Assembly: GCA_041621755.1 (NCBI GenBank)
Contig: JBFKAE010000002.1
Coordinates: 3,087-67,086, forward strand
DNA from: Sphingomonadaceae bacterium
Lineage (GTDB): Bacteria > Pseudomonadota > Alphaproteobacteria > Sphingomonadales > Sphingomonadaceae
Reading direction: 5' to 3'
DNA length: 64,000 bases
Position 1 is the first letter of the stretch. Each line of letters begins with the position of its first letter. Position numbers and translations under genes: made by a program. Of the stretch, positions 37,805 through 46,794 are shown one piece after another. The notes under the pieces were generated by a model that saw nothing but the letters and a program-made list of their open reading frames with translations, had not been told where the DNA came from and did no database searches.

Positions 37805-40800
37805 TCACAGATCGAGCCCCAACGACTTTTCGGGAACGGGAAGCTGGCGCACTTGCGGTTCGGGCCGGGGACCGAGCACCGCATCGAGCTTGGCTTTGAG
37901 CTCCGGGCTCATCTTCAGGTCTGGCAGCTGCCGGGCATCGGTCGGGTTCACCTGCGACTTGTCCACCTCGATCCGTCCGGTCGCTTCGAGCGCCGAGGTC
38001 TTGTTACCCGGCGTGCGGTCGAGCTGAAATTTGAGCGCGGCAAGGTCGTTGGTGACAACATGCATGTCGTCGGTGGCACGCGTGTTGAGCACGTTCTGTG
38101 TGCGCTGGGTGGCAAGATTGCGCTGGCTTGAGGATATGACCTCGATCGCCCGCGCCATGGTCACGCCCTGCGCCATATGGGCATTGAGGGCATAGCCAAG
38201 ATCGAGGCGGCGCAGCATCGGATCGCCGGCGGGCAGGGTGACCTGCTGCCTGTCGCCAAGCTCCAGCGTGACCGCATCCTTCGTTGCTGCCAGCACCGTG
38301 GCATAAGTCGACTTGGCAATGTCACGGCTCGCATCCTTGTCGCGCCAGAACACGGTATCGCCGTCGTGCAGCCTCAGGTCTTTCTGCTCGTAGAGTCCGA
38401 GCCGGTCGAAGCGGTGCTGCGGATCGAGCCGATCGGGATCGATGAGCATTCTTGCGTTTCCGCGCTCGAGCAGGACCTTGCCGTCGCGGCGCACTTCGCG
38501 GACGGTGTATTCGCCTTTGCCCAGCCCGAGCTCGCGCACCCCCATGCGCGCTTCGAGCACCTGGCCCGCGCGGTAGGTTGAGGCAAAGCGCATTTCTTCG
38601 CGGGTAGTGTTGGCGCTTTGCAGCACCTTGAGCGCCACGCCTTCGCCTTTGAGCATACCATCACGCAGCAGGCCGGCCTGGACGAGCGCATTGATCTGCG
38701 CGCGATCATCGCGCCCAGCGGTAAAGATCGCGGTCTCAGCGCGCTGATCGGGCGGCAAGGAGAGCCAGAGATCGGCCGCCGCCGTGACATGGTCCTTGCC
38801 GGCTTCGGTGACCTTGCCATGCGATGCCAAGAGGTCGAGCGCGAGGCTGGCATGACCTTCGTTCGACAATCCCGCGACCGCAAGCAGCAGCGGCGAGTTC
38901 TTCTGGCGAATGTTCTCGTCCATGCGCACCGTCGCCTGGCCCGCGCTTTGCGAGACCGCGAACATCTTGCCCTGCTCGATCGCCGACAATTGCTGGCGAT
39001 CGCCCATGAACGGGGCCTTGGCGAGATCGAGCTGCTCGGCGATCGCGATCACCGAAAGCATATCGCGCGAGGAGACCATCGAGCTCTCGTCGGTGATGAC
39101 AACCGTGTCTTTCAGCTCAGCCTTCGCTGCCTCGAAACGCTCGCCTTCCCCGCGCGCGGCGGCCGAACCATAAGTGCTGACGAAACGCGCGATCGTATAG
39201 GCCTCGATGCCGGCCGCCTGCATCTCGTCGACCGACATGGCCTGCGAGCCACCCCCGCGCAGGTCGGCGACCATCTTGTTCTGGAAGGCCAGGCCGACAA
39301 GGCGCACCCCGTCTTCGGCCAGAACCTTCGCGACTGCACCAAGCAAGGTCGACTTGCCTGCGCCGGCCACACCCTGGATGTTGAGAAAGCGGTCGCTGCC
39401 CGACAGAACCGCGACACCCGCCGCCAACTGGCCAGAATTCAATTGCCAGTCCTCGGCACCGGCGCGTTCGCGTCCCAGTTTGCGCGCGGCCTGCTGTAAC
39501 CGCTCGACCGCCACGTCGGGCGCCATGAACGCGCAGCCCTTGCCCGCCCCGGCGTCGATGCGGTCCAATATCTGCTGCTCGCGCGCCAGCGCCTCGGGCG
39601 TCGTCACCAGGTCGAAATGCCCGTCGAGCCGGCCGGACTTGCCGGAAATGAGATGCCCACTATCGATCAGCTGCCCGATACGCTCGATCACTGCCTCGCC
39701 TTCAAGCCCCTTGATCTGGAAGCCCAGCGCTGCGGAGAGAATCGCATGCGGACTGAATGCCGCCTCGCGTTCGGAGAGGTGCCGGATCGCCGAGGCGGTC
39801 GCATGCTGGGCCTTGATCGTACCTGCCGAAAGGAACAGCGCGGCGGGGCCGGATACGGCGAGATCGCTCGGCGCTCGCAGCGCCGCATTGATACGGGTGG
39901 CGACTTCGGCAAAGGCAGCACTGGCGGTCTCGCGCATCGTGGGGCGAGCCAGCGCGGCAGCGCGTTCCTGCGCCTCGGCAACCAGCGGCTTGCCATCAAA
40001 CCCAAGTTCCGCCGCGCGCGCCTGCCAGCCCTCGACCAGAGCTTGCCGGTCGGCGACATCGAGCTTGGGATCGCGGGTGTAGAGCGTGATCTGCTTCTTG
40101 GTGGCCAGCCTCGTGGCACCGGTCTCCGCGATCTTTGCCTCGATCTCAGCGGTGCGGGTCGAGAAAGCCTTGATGACGGCAGCAGGCACGCCCTTGATCT
40201 CGAAGGCCCCATGCTTGGCTGTGCTCTCCGTCTCGTAACCGATCGCCTGCAGCCGGGCGCGAAAGGCGGCATGGTAGAACTGGCCGATGGTGGTGTTGTT
40301 CTTCCAGATCTCGCCGTTCCACAGCGCCTTCCAGTTGCCCTTGAGGTCGCGTGTCAGGTTGGCGACCACGGCATGGACATGGCCCTGTGGGTCGAGCGCG
40401 CGGCTCGTGTCGTGAGCGAACAAGGCATAGACGAGGTTGCCGGTCTTTTCCGGCTCACCATTGCGATTGCGCTCGTAATTGCGCGCTTCGGCAAGGCGCT
40501 TCTCGACAAGCTCGCTCATCGTCGATTTAACGGCTGAAAGATGTGCATCGAGGATACGCTTGTCGCCGGTTACGAGCGCCAGGATCGAGGCGGACTTGGG
40601 CATCGAGAAGGTGAGATCAAGTCCCAGCCTGCGCCCCTCGACCTGCCCCACCATTTGGCCGCTGGGCAGCCGGCCACCGAGGATTGCCTCGAACGCATCT
40701 CGCCCGACTTCGCCCACAAGCCCGAGCAGGCGCGCGCCTTCGCCGCCCCAGACCCCGCTTTCCGCGTTCTCTTCAGCCGTGTAGTAATTGTCGTTCGCGA

Positions 40801-40849
40801 AATAGTCGGCAGCGCCGCCCGCCGAGCGAACCGGTGCGATCGAATGCAT
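37805..40849 (-). CDS. traI: MOBF relaxase-helicase (TrwC/TraI family)
   Basis: 1014 aa. N-terminal relaxase with Tyr cluster (ADYFANDNYYTAEE) and HDTSRALDPQGHVHAV metal motif. Central AAA_30/RecD-like helicase with Walker A GVAGAGKST. Confidence 0.95.
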   Translation of the reverse strand: MHSIAPVRSAGGAADYFANDNYYTAEENAESGVWGGEGARLLGLVGEVGRDAFEAILGGRLPSGQMVGQVEGRRLGLDLTFSMPKSASILALVTGDKRILDAHLSAVKSTMSELVEKRLAEARNYERNRNGEPEKTGNLVYALFAHDTSRALDPQGHVHAVVANLTRDLKGNWKALWNGEIWKNNTTIGQFYHAAFRARLQAIGYETESTAKHGAFEIKGVPAAVIKAFSTRTAEIEAKIAETGATRLATKKQITLYTRDPKLDVADRQALVEGWQARAAELGFDGKPLVAEAQERAAALARPTMRETASAAFAEVATRINAALRAPSDLAVSGPAALFLSAGTIKAQHATASAIRHLSEREAAFSPHAILSAALGFQIKGLEGEAVIERIGQLIDSGHLISGKSGRLDGHFDLVTTPEALAREQQILDRIDAGAGKGCAFMAPDVAVERLQQAARKLGRERAGAEDWQLNSGQLAAGVAVLSGSDRFLNIQGVAGAGKSTLLGAVAKVLAEDGVRLVGLAFQNKMVADLRGGGSQAMSVDEMQAAGIEAYTIARFVSTYGSAAARGEGERFEAAKAELKDTVVITDESSMVSSRDMLSVIAIAEQLDLAKAPFMGDRQQLSAIEQGKMFAVSQSAGQATVRMDENIRQKNSPLLLAVAGLSNEGHASLALDLLASHGKVTEAGKDHVTAAADLWLSLPPDQRAETAIFTAGRDDRAQINALVQAGLLRDGMLKGEGVALKVLQSANTTREEMRFASTYRAGQVLEARMGVRELGLGKGEYTVREVRRDGKVLLERGNARMLIDPDRLDPQHRFDRLGLYEQKDLRLHDGDTVFWRDKDASRDIAKSTYATVLAATKDAVTLELGDRQQVTLPAGDPMLRRLDLGYALNAHMAQGVTMARAIEVISSSQRNLATQRTQNVLNTRATDDMHVVTNDLAALKFQLDRTPGNKTSALEATGRIEVDKSQVNPTDARQLPDLKMSPELKAKLDAVLGPRPEPQVRQLPVPEKSLGLDL

Positions 40850-40854
40850 GGCCC

Positions 40855-43125
40855 TTAGAACCCAAGGTCGTCAGCGGCGTCGAGGCCGGGCAATTGGGCT
40901 TCGCCCGGACCGCCTGCGGAACGTTCAACGCCGTGCTCGGGTTCGAGTGCCTCGGTGAGTTCGCGCGCAGTCTGCGAGACCTGCTTGGCGTTTCCGGCCA
41001 GCTTCACATTCGTGGACGAGCGGGGGGCGCCTTCAACGCCGCGCTGCGCTGCGGACATTTCGGTATCCGGCGCGCCCGGACGATAGCTCATCGCCCGCGA
41101 CAGGCTGCTGGCAACGGGAACATTTTCACCGATGTCCTGGCTCCCCAATTGGGCCGGTTCGTCCTCGTCCGCGAGGGCCTCAAGAGCAGACTCCCGGTCG
41201 TCGTCCCGCTCCATCTCCGGCTCGGGTTCGGGCGCATCGCGGGTCTCGCGCCCGCCCGCTTCCGGATCGCCCTGATCCTCTTCGTCGGTCTCTTCGGCAA
41301 ATTCGATCGGCTCGACATTTTCGCGCAGCACATAGCCTTCAGCGACCTTCGGATAGTCCTTCCAGGCAAGCCTGATCCGTGCCGCATCGAAGCCTTCGGG
41401 GAAGACCAGGAAACCGCGCAACGACGGCAGCTTCATGATGTCGTCGGGCAGCACCAGAGGCTGGACTTCGCTGCGCGGGGTGATCGTCGCGGCATCGCGA
41501 ATGTTCGAATATCCGTAGCTGTATGCTTCATCCATCATGCGCACTTCGCGGTGGCCGATGAAATCCGAACAATGCTCGGCTGTGTCGCGATCGGCGGCGG
41601 CAAGGATGAGCTTGGTGCGCGCGAGCGATGCAAGGTTCTGTGCGCCTTCCTTGCCATAGGTTTCGGCAAGCTTGGCGAAGCTGTGGATGCCAAGCACGAA
41701 GGCCCCGCCGAACCCGCGCGCTGTCTGCAGGCCGTCCTCGATCGCAGGCAGGCGGTGGAGCGCATGGACCTCGTCGAAGAAGAACCAGGTGCGCAAATCG
41801 CGCGTGCGCGGCAAGCGCATCAGCGTGTGCACGGCAAGGTTCATCCAGAGCGAGAGGAGCGCGCGATTGAGGACCAGTTCGTTGTGCGAGGAAGTGATGA
41901 ACAGGATCGATCCGGGCTGGTCGCAATCGCGGATCCAGTCGCAAATCGAGAAGGGTTCCTTGCCTTCAGGAAGGAACCGCAAAGCCTGCGCATTGGTGTT
42001 GAACACCGCGCGGATCGATTCCGCCATCTTCGCCGCTTCGGGCGCGGTCAGCGGATCGGCGACGGTATTCTCGAGCAGCTTGTGGACCGCCTTGAGGTCG
42101 GCCATCATCAGTCGGCTCGCGAGCGCCTGGTTGGTCGCCTTACCCAGCTTGATAAGGCGCATGCAGGTCTCGACGAAAAGCGTGCGCGCAGCCAGCATCC
42201 AGAAGGGTTCCGCTCCGCCGCCATCGGCGGGCAGAAGCGCGGCGGCAATGCCGGTAAAGTCGGCGTGGTTCTTCGCTTCGGCGAAGACCGACCAGGACGG
42301 GCAGCGCTCGTCCATGGGATTGAGGATCGTGTCGGTCTCGGGGTTGTAGAAGGCCTCGACATAGGCGCCGGTGAGATCGAAGACGACGGCCCGGTCGCGG
42401 CGCTTGCGCATCTGCGCGATCAGCGCGCGCATCTGCGTCGTCTTGCCGGTTCCGGTCGAGCCGATCATCATCGTGTGCGCCTGTTCGGTGCGCCAGGGGA
42501 AGGGCACGCCGGCGAGCGCATAGGCATGATGGATGCCCGCTGCCTTGCGCTCGACAAGCGGCATAGCAAGCACCTCGTCCATGGTCCTTCCCGGCAAGCG
42601 TTCGGCGACTTCCTGGGCAAGCGCGGCGCGGTTGTGATCGTTGATGACGGATGCAAGATCGGTCGCATCGACGAGCATCGCGCCGCGCTGATGGCGCTCC
42701 TCGAGGATCGACTTTCCGCGCCGCCGGGAGAAGTCGACGAACCACACCGCAATCGGCACGGCGACGAAAAGCGAGATAAACAGCGAGCCCCATATCGCGC
42801 GCATCATCCTCTCCCAGGCGACGACGACATCGGGGTGCGAGGCGACCATGCCGATGGGTGCGGGAATGACCTCTCCCGAGGGCAGGGTGAGGTTGATCAC
42901 CTTGGCATTGGAGAACTCCATGAACTGCCATCCGGCAGCATAGATCCGCATGCCAATCATCTGAATTTCGTGTTCGTGAAGCCGCAGCGCCAGGACCACC
43001 GAAAGCACTGCGAGGAAGGTGAAGAACCAGACGAGAAACGGCAGCCGCGCGGAGGCGAACCACATCAGGAATTCGTGGGTGATGAGCTGCGATCCGCGCG
43101 TGAAATCACCGGCATTGCGCGGCAT
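40855..43125 (-). CDS. traD: type IV coupling protein (TraD/TrwB family)
   Basis: ATG at 43125 (MPRNAGDFTRGSQLITHEFLMWF, like the F TraD N-terminus). Two TM segments, Walker A GSTGTGKT, and an acidic C-terminal tail. Confidence 0.9.
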   Translation of the reverse strand: MPRNAGDFTRGSQLITHEFLMWFASARLPFLVWFFTFLAVLSVVLALRLHEHEIQMIGMRIYAAGWQFMEFSNAKVINLTLPSGEVIPAPIGMVASHPDVVVAWERMMRAIWGSLFISLFVAVPIAVWFVDFSRRRGKSILEERHQRGAMLVDATDLASVINDHNRAALAQEVAERLPGRTMDEVLAMPLVERKAAGIHHAYALAGVPFPWRTEQAHTMMIGSTGTGKTTQMRALIAQMRKRRDRAVVFDLTGAYVEAFYNPETDTILNPMDERCPSWSVFAEAKNHADFTGIAAALLPADGGGAEPFWMLAARTLFVETCMRLIKLGKATNQALASRLMMADLKAVHKLLENTVADPLTAPEAAKMAESIRAVFNTNAQALRFLPEGKEPFSICDWIRDCDQPGSILFITSSHNELVLNRALLSLWMNLAVHTLMRLPRTRDLRTWFFFDEVHALHRLPAIEDGLQTARGFGGAFVLGIHSFAKLAETYGKEGAQNLASLARTKLILAAADRDTAEHCSDFIGHREVRMMDEAYSYGYSNIRDAATITPRSEVQPLVLPDDIMKLPSLRGFLVFPEGFDAARIRLAWKDYPKVAEGYVLRENVEPIEFAEETDEEDQGDPEAGGRETRDAPEPEPEMERDDDRESALEALADEDEPAQLGSQDIGENVPVASSLSRAMSYRPGAPDTEMSAAQRGVEGAPRSSTNVKLAGNAKQVSQTARELTEALEPEHGVERSAGGPGEAQLPGLDAADDLGF

Positions 43126-43183
43126 GTTGCCGCGCGCCGAATGGTGCTGAAGCTTGCCCGGGCGGCGGCGGTCGGACCAGGTG

Positions 43184-43480
43184 TCAGGCCGCGCCACAAA
43201 GCGCCTCCATCCGGGCCTCGGCTTCGGCGAGTAGTTCGCCATGTACATCGGCGTATTGGCGCTGGATGATGAGGTCGAGCGCGAGGAAGAGATACTCGAG
43301 CGAGAACTGCCGCCGCCGGTCGAGTTCGGAAGCTCCCGCGACGCCTTCGAGAAAATGCTCAAGAGCGATTCGCACGAGATTGGATCGGGAAGTCTTTTGC
43401 GCTTCGGCAGCGGCCTTTGCTGCCTCGGCAATCGGCTGCGGCAGCCGCACCGAAATTAATACCGTATCTGTCATCGCCAA
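43184..43480 (-). CDS. ribbon-helix-helix (CopG/TraY-like) relaxosome accessory protein
   Basis: VLISVRLPQPIAEAAKAAAEAQKTSRSNLVRIALEHFL is an RHH motif. First gene of the RHH-traD-traI module next to an AT-rich region. Confidence 0.7.
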   Translation of the reverse strand: MAMTDTVLISVRLPQPIAEAAKAAAEAQKTSRSNLVRIALEHFLEGVAGASELDRRRQFSLEYLFLALDLIIQRQYADVHGELLAEAEARMEALCGAA

Positions 43481-43570
43481 CCCCTTCGAAAAGGGCCTGG
43501 CGGGAATTGCGCGAGGGAGAATTTAGGCTATCGCCAGACGGGTGGCAAGCGAAAGGTCGCAGGCCCTGGG

Positions 43571-43690
43571 CGTATCACATCGTATTACGCACGAAATGGC
43601 GTAGTTCAGCCGCTTAAGGTTGTGTCAGTCCTATTGTAATACACCAGAATACAAAACATACCGTGCGTAAACATACCAGTTTCGGCCATT
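43571..43690 (+). other. candidate oriT / nic region
   Basis: Locally AT-rich non-coding DNA upstream of the RHH gene. Inverted 9-mers TTACGCACG (43585-43593) and CGTGCGTAA (43662-43670). The plus-strand GTGCGTAAACATACC resembles the GTGCGTATTGTCT nic-proximal sequence of R388 (recalled from memory). Direct repeat AACATACC x2. Confidence 0.3.
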
Positions 43691-43945
43691 CTTCGAACTG
43701 CACCGCAGTGTACGGTCTGCAAAATATCCAATCAATCCCACCCATGCCGTCGCTCGCGGGGTTGTCAGCACTTAAGAGGATATGGGGAAGGGCCTTCATG
43801 GCATGTTACGGCGCTGACCCCGATGCATTTTACTTTGCCAATTGGTCATGAATTTGCGCCTGGCGATGCGCGAAGGCTTGCCAAGAGCGCATGTCCGGGC
43901 AAGGCTTGTGGCCGGGAGGTTTCAGCACCACCCAGGAGTATGATC

Positions 43946-44173
43946 ATGGCCAGGAAAGGAAGCCTTGAAGCCGAACGTCGAGCCATCGCAAAGGACCGCG
44001 ACGCGCTGGCTGCGCGTGAAGCGAAACTGCGCGATAACGAGCAAAAGGCGAGCATCGAGCTGATGCGCAAAAGCCCGCTTGGCAAGGCGCCGTTCGAGCG
44101 GGTCGAAGCGTTCTTTGCAACGCTCGGCAAGCTCGGGCTCGACGAGGCGGAAAAGCGCTTGTCGGCAAGCTGA
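43946..44173 (+). CDS. small coiled-coil hypothetical protein
   Basis: ATG at 43946, 7 nt after AGGAG. 75 aa rich in charged heptads (EAERRAIAKDRDALAAREAKLRDNEQK). Confidence 0.4.
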   Translation: MARKGSLEAERRAIAKDRDALAAREAKLRDNEQKASIELMRKSPLGKAPFERVEAFFATLGKLGLDEAEKRLSAS

Positions 44174-44300
44174 AACCGGTCTCGGCAAGAGACCAGCGCC
44201 GCCGGGCACTCGATGTGTCGGGCGGCGCTTTTGCATCATGCAAAAGAACAAGCCGGAGAGACCCAAATCGGATCCCTCCGGCTTGATCGCGATCGGTGCA

Positions 44301-44612
44301 TCAGAACGGGCAGTCATCGTCCCAGTCGGCGTCCATCAGCACGCTCATGAAGCTGGCGGCGCGAGCGATGTTCTCCTCGTCGAAGTCGTCGGCCATCTGG
44401 CCCTGGACCGTATGGACGATGCGGTCGATGAGGTGTATCGGCAGCGCGTTGTAGTCGCCTTCCTCTATGACGCGGAACGAGCCGTCTTCGTCCTCGATCA
44501 CGTGGCAGTCGAAGAAGCTGTGCGCGGCGCGCATGGTTGCTGTGCGAATGGCGGCGTCGTAGCTGACAGTGTCAAACTCGGGAATGTCGAAACGGGAAAC
44601 GAGAGCGTTCAT
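44301..44612 (-). CDS. small strongly acidic hypothetical protein
   Basis: 103 aa. RBS AGGAGG upstream. Many D/E residues (IEDEDGSFRVIEEGDY, ADDFDEEN, DADWDDD). First minus-strand gene after the oriT candidate. Confidence 0.55.
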   Translation of the reverse strand: MNALVSRFDIPEFDTVSYDAAIRTATMRAAHSFFDCHVIEDEDGSFRVIEEGDYNALPIHLIDRIVHTVQGQMADDFDEENIARAASFMSVLMDADWDDDCPF

Positions 44613-44676
44613 GAAAACCTCCTATTGAGAGCACTTGAAAAGAGGTCTCGAGGCAGGATGATCGCGCTTGGCGCGG

Positions 44677-44820
44677 GTCACAGAACGGGCCGCAGGACCG
44701 CCGCGTCAGCGGGGGTGGGGGAGCCGATTTTTTCGCGAGCCAAGGCGCAGCCGCAGGACGCGCAAAAATTGGGGGAACCGCCCTTCTTGACGCAGGCCAA
44801 TGGCGGTCATCACGCTTGGA
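44677..44820. repeat. structured leader/promoter element, copy A
   Basis: Aligns by eye with 46142-46297. Shared blocks: GTCACAG-ACGG, GCCGCAGG, GGGGGAGCCG-TTTT, CAAGGCGCA-CCGCAGG, CGCAAAA-T-GGGGG-ACC, CTTGACG, GTCAT-C-TTGG. Contains hairpin CGATTTTTTCGCG / CGCGCAAAAATTG. Confidence 0.6.
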
Positions 44821-45023
44821 AGTCTGCGAGAAGGAATACCCCCTATCCATCCAGCCCGGCCGATGCGAGCCATGCCGTCCCGCCAGCAGGCCATGGGCCG
44901 TCACTGGCGGGGCCAGCATGCGAGCGAGCCGGGCAGGGGAGTACGCAATCGACAGCAAAAAGGGCATCCGGCGGTGAAACCGGACACCCCTTTGCGAGAA
45001 CCGCTGGTGCAATTCCGTGCCGC

Positions 45024-46067
45024 TCAGAACGGCGGCAGATCGTCTCCATTGGCGACGCGCTTTGCGGCTTGCTGGCCGGCTTGGTCCGCGGCCTTTGCCT
45101 GACGCTGCACGGGTTCATTGTCGGCACCCGCTTCGCGCACGATGTGCATGGGAATGCGTGCCTCGCGCAGCCGGTCGGCAAGGTTCGCCTGAATGCCGCC
45201 GCCGCTGCAGACAATCGCCTCGACCGGCTTGAACGCGAGCATGCGGGCGTTGCGCTGGTAGGGCGCGGAAGCGCCGCGCGATGCATCGGGCTTGCACAGG
45301 ATCACCGGCACGCCCTGGCGCGATGCCCATGAGGCCGCGATGACATCGGCGCCCTTGTTCTGCGCGGTGGTTGCGAGCACCATCGAGGGAATGCGTTCGC
45401 GCACCGCATCGAGGTAGTCGTGCACCAGGCCGATATCGGTAAATTGCTGTCCGCCCGAGAACACCACGACCGGTCCCGAAGGCGCAAACTGCTCGCGCCG
45501 CTGCGCGCGCTGCGATGCGAGGTAATCACGCGCTTCGATCATCGACGCGTTCGACTTCATCGAGACCCGCGAACCACGCACCGGCGAGAAGGGACGGCCG
45601 GTTTCGACAAGATAGATCGAGGCGGCATGATCGCGCATGCACTCCATCGCGTCGCGGCACTCGGCCAGGCTCCTGGCCTGCATGGTGAGGTCCTCGACGT
45701 CGGTGGCGTAGACTTCGCTCGGATCGTATTCGCGCAGCTTCTCCTGGAGTTTTCTGGCCATGGCATCCTCGCGGTCATCGAGGCGCTTTGCCACCACGTG
45801 GAAGCTGTTGGCCACGCCCCATGCGACTTCGCTTGCGAAGTCTTCCATGCGGGTGTCGCGAAACAAATCGAAGACCGTTGCCAGCATCATCTCGATCGCG
45901 GCCTGCGCAATGTCGGGATCGGGCATTTCGGCAGAGCTGGGTTCGTCGGCGACCGAGAGCCGGGAAAGTTCGGTCTGCTCCATGAAGGCCCGGGCATAGT
46001 CGGGCGTCTGGACCTCACGCGCATAGTGCTCGGCAAGGTCGGAAAAGTTCGAGAAACGAGTTGTCAT
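45024..46067 (-). CDS. DUF2493 (SLOG-like) domain protein
   Basis: ATG at 46067 after GGAGGA. The C-terminal PVVVFSGGQQFTDIGLVHDYLDAVRERIPSMVLATTAQNKGADVIAASWA matches the DUF2493 pattern common on conjugative elements. Confidence 0.8.
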   Translation of the reverse strand: MTTRFSNFSDLAEHYAREVQTPDYARAFMEQTELSRLSVADEPSSAEMPDPDIAQAAIEMMLATVFDLFRDTRMEDFASEVAWGVANSFHVVAKRLDDREDAMARKLQEKLREYDPSEVYATDVEDLTMQARSLAECRDAMECMRDHAASIYLVETGRPFSPVRGSRVSMKSNASMIEARDYLASQRAQRREQFAPSGPVVVFSGGQQFTDIGLVHDYLDAVRERIPSMVLATTAQNKGADVIAASWASRQGVPVILCKPDASRGASAPYQRNARMLAFKPVEAIVCSGGGIQANLADRLREARIPMHIVREAGADNEPVQRQAKAADQAGQQAAKRVANGDDLPPF

Positions 46068-46141
46068 GATATCCTCCGAAGGATCTGTCTCTCTCATCAC
46101 CGCGATGAAAGATGAGCCTTGAAGGACGCCGGAGTCAGGCA

Positions 46142-46297
46142 GTCACAGGACGGCGGGGCCGCAGGCCACGCCGCCGCGCCAAGCGGGCGTGGGGGGAGCC
46201 GGTTTTGCGGGGCACAAGGCGCACGCCGCAGGGCCCGCAAAATCGGGGGGCACCCGCGATCCTTGACGGCCGCCAGCTCGCAGGCGTCATGCTTTGG
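46142..46297. repeat. structured leader/promoter element, copy B
   Basis: Homologous to 44677-44820. Hairpin GGTTTTGCGGGG / GGCCCGCAAAATCG flanked by G-runs. Plus-strand TTGACG at 46263-46268. Confidence 0.6.
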
Positions 46298-46794
46298 CGA
46301 TGCCGATTTCACTCGGCTACCGAGATGAGAGAGTTGAAAAGGTTTTGCCCCCGAACCGCGCACGCGGTCGGGGTGAACAGCAAAACACCGCATCGACTGC
46401 GACCCGCCCTTGAGAGCTCCCGCAGGGCACCTTTGTGCCCGCCCCACGGGAGGCAGGCGGGGTCGCCCTGGTGAGCGCCGACGACGGCGCGGCCAGCAAC
46501 CAGAAACGGACCCCTTGCCGGAGCAAGTCCGTCGTCGCGCGGGTCCCGTGCTTGTCACGGGTGCGGGACGGCGACGGAGCCGGAGGCAAGAGTGCCGGCG
46601 GCCCAATGCAGGAAGCACCGCACCCGCAGGAGCGCGGCTGCAAGGCGCGCGGGACCGAGTGCGGCAATCTTGACAGGGCCGCTCCTTCTGAGATCGATCG
46701 CGAACGCGTGGGGGGACCTTGTCGTGATCCATTTGCAGGCGCGTGACGCATTGCAGGCTCGCCAAACCCTGGGGTCGCGCGCTAGATTGCCGGA

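Noticed and set aside
40684-43269. 861-aa plus-strand ORF
   Set aside because: It is antisense to the coupling-protein gene traD (Walker A, TM segments, synteny with traI). Its Arg/Gly-rich composition marks it as a shadow frame.
43614-43851. Small ORFs inside the oriT candidate region (61 aa minus strand, 62 aa plus strand)
   Set aside because: They are AT-rich, Cys/Trp/Phe-rich translations without RBSs, and they overlap the repeat and dyad structure expected of an origin of transfer.
44711-46256. G-quadruplex formation by the G5-6 runs flanking the repeated hairpins
   Set aside because: Each copy has only two or three G-runs close together, and the remaining runs are separated by loops of 40 nt or more. 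That does not fit a canonical four-run G4. I kept it only as a descriptive detail of the repeat.
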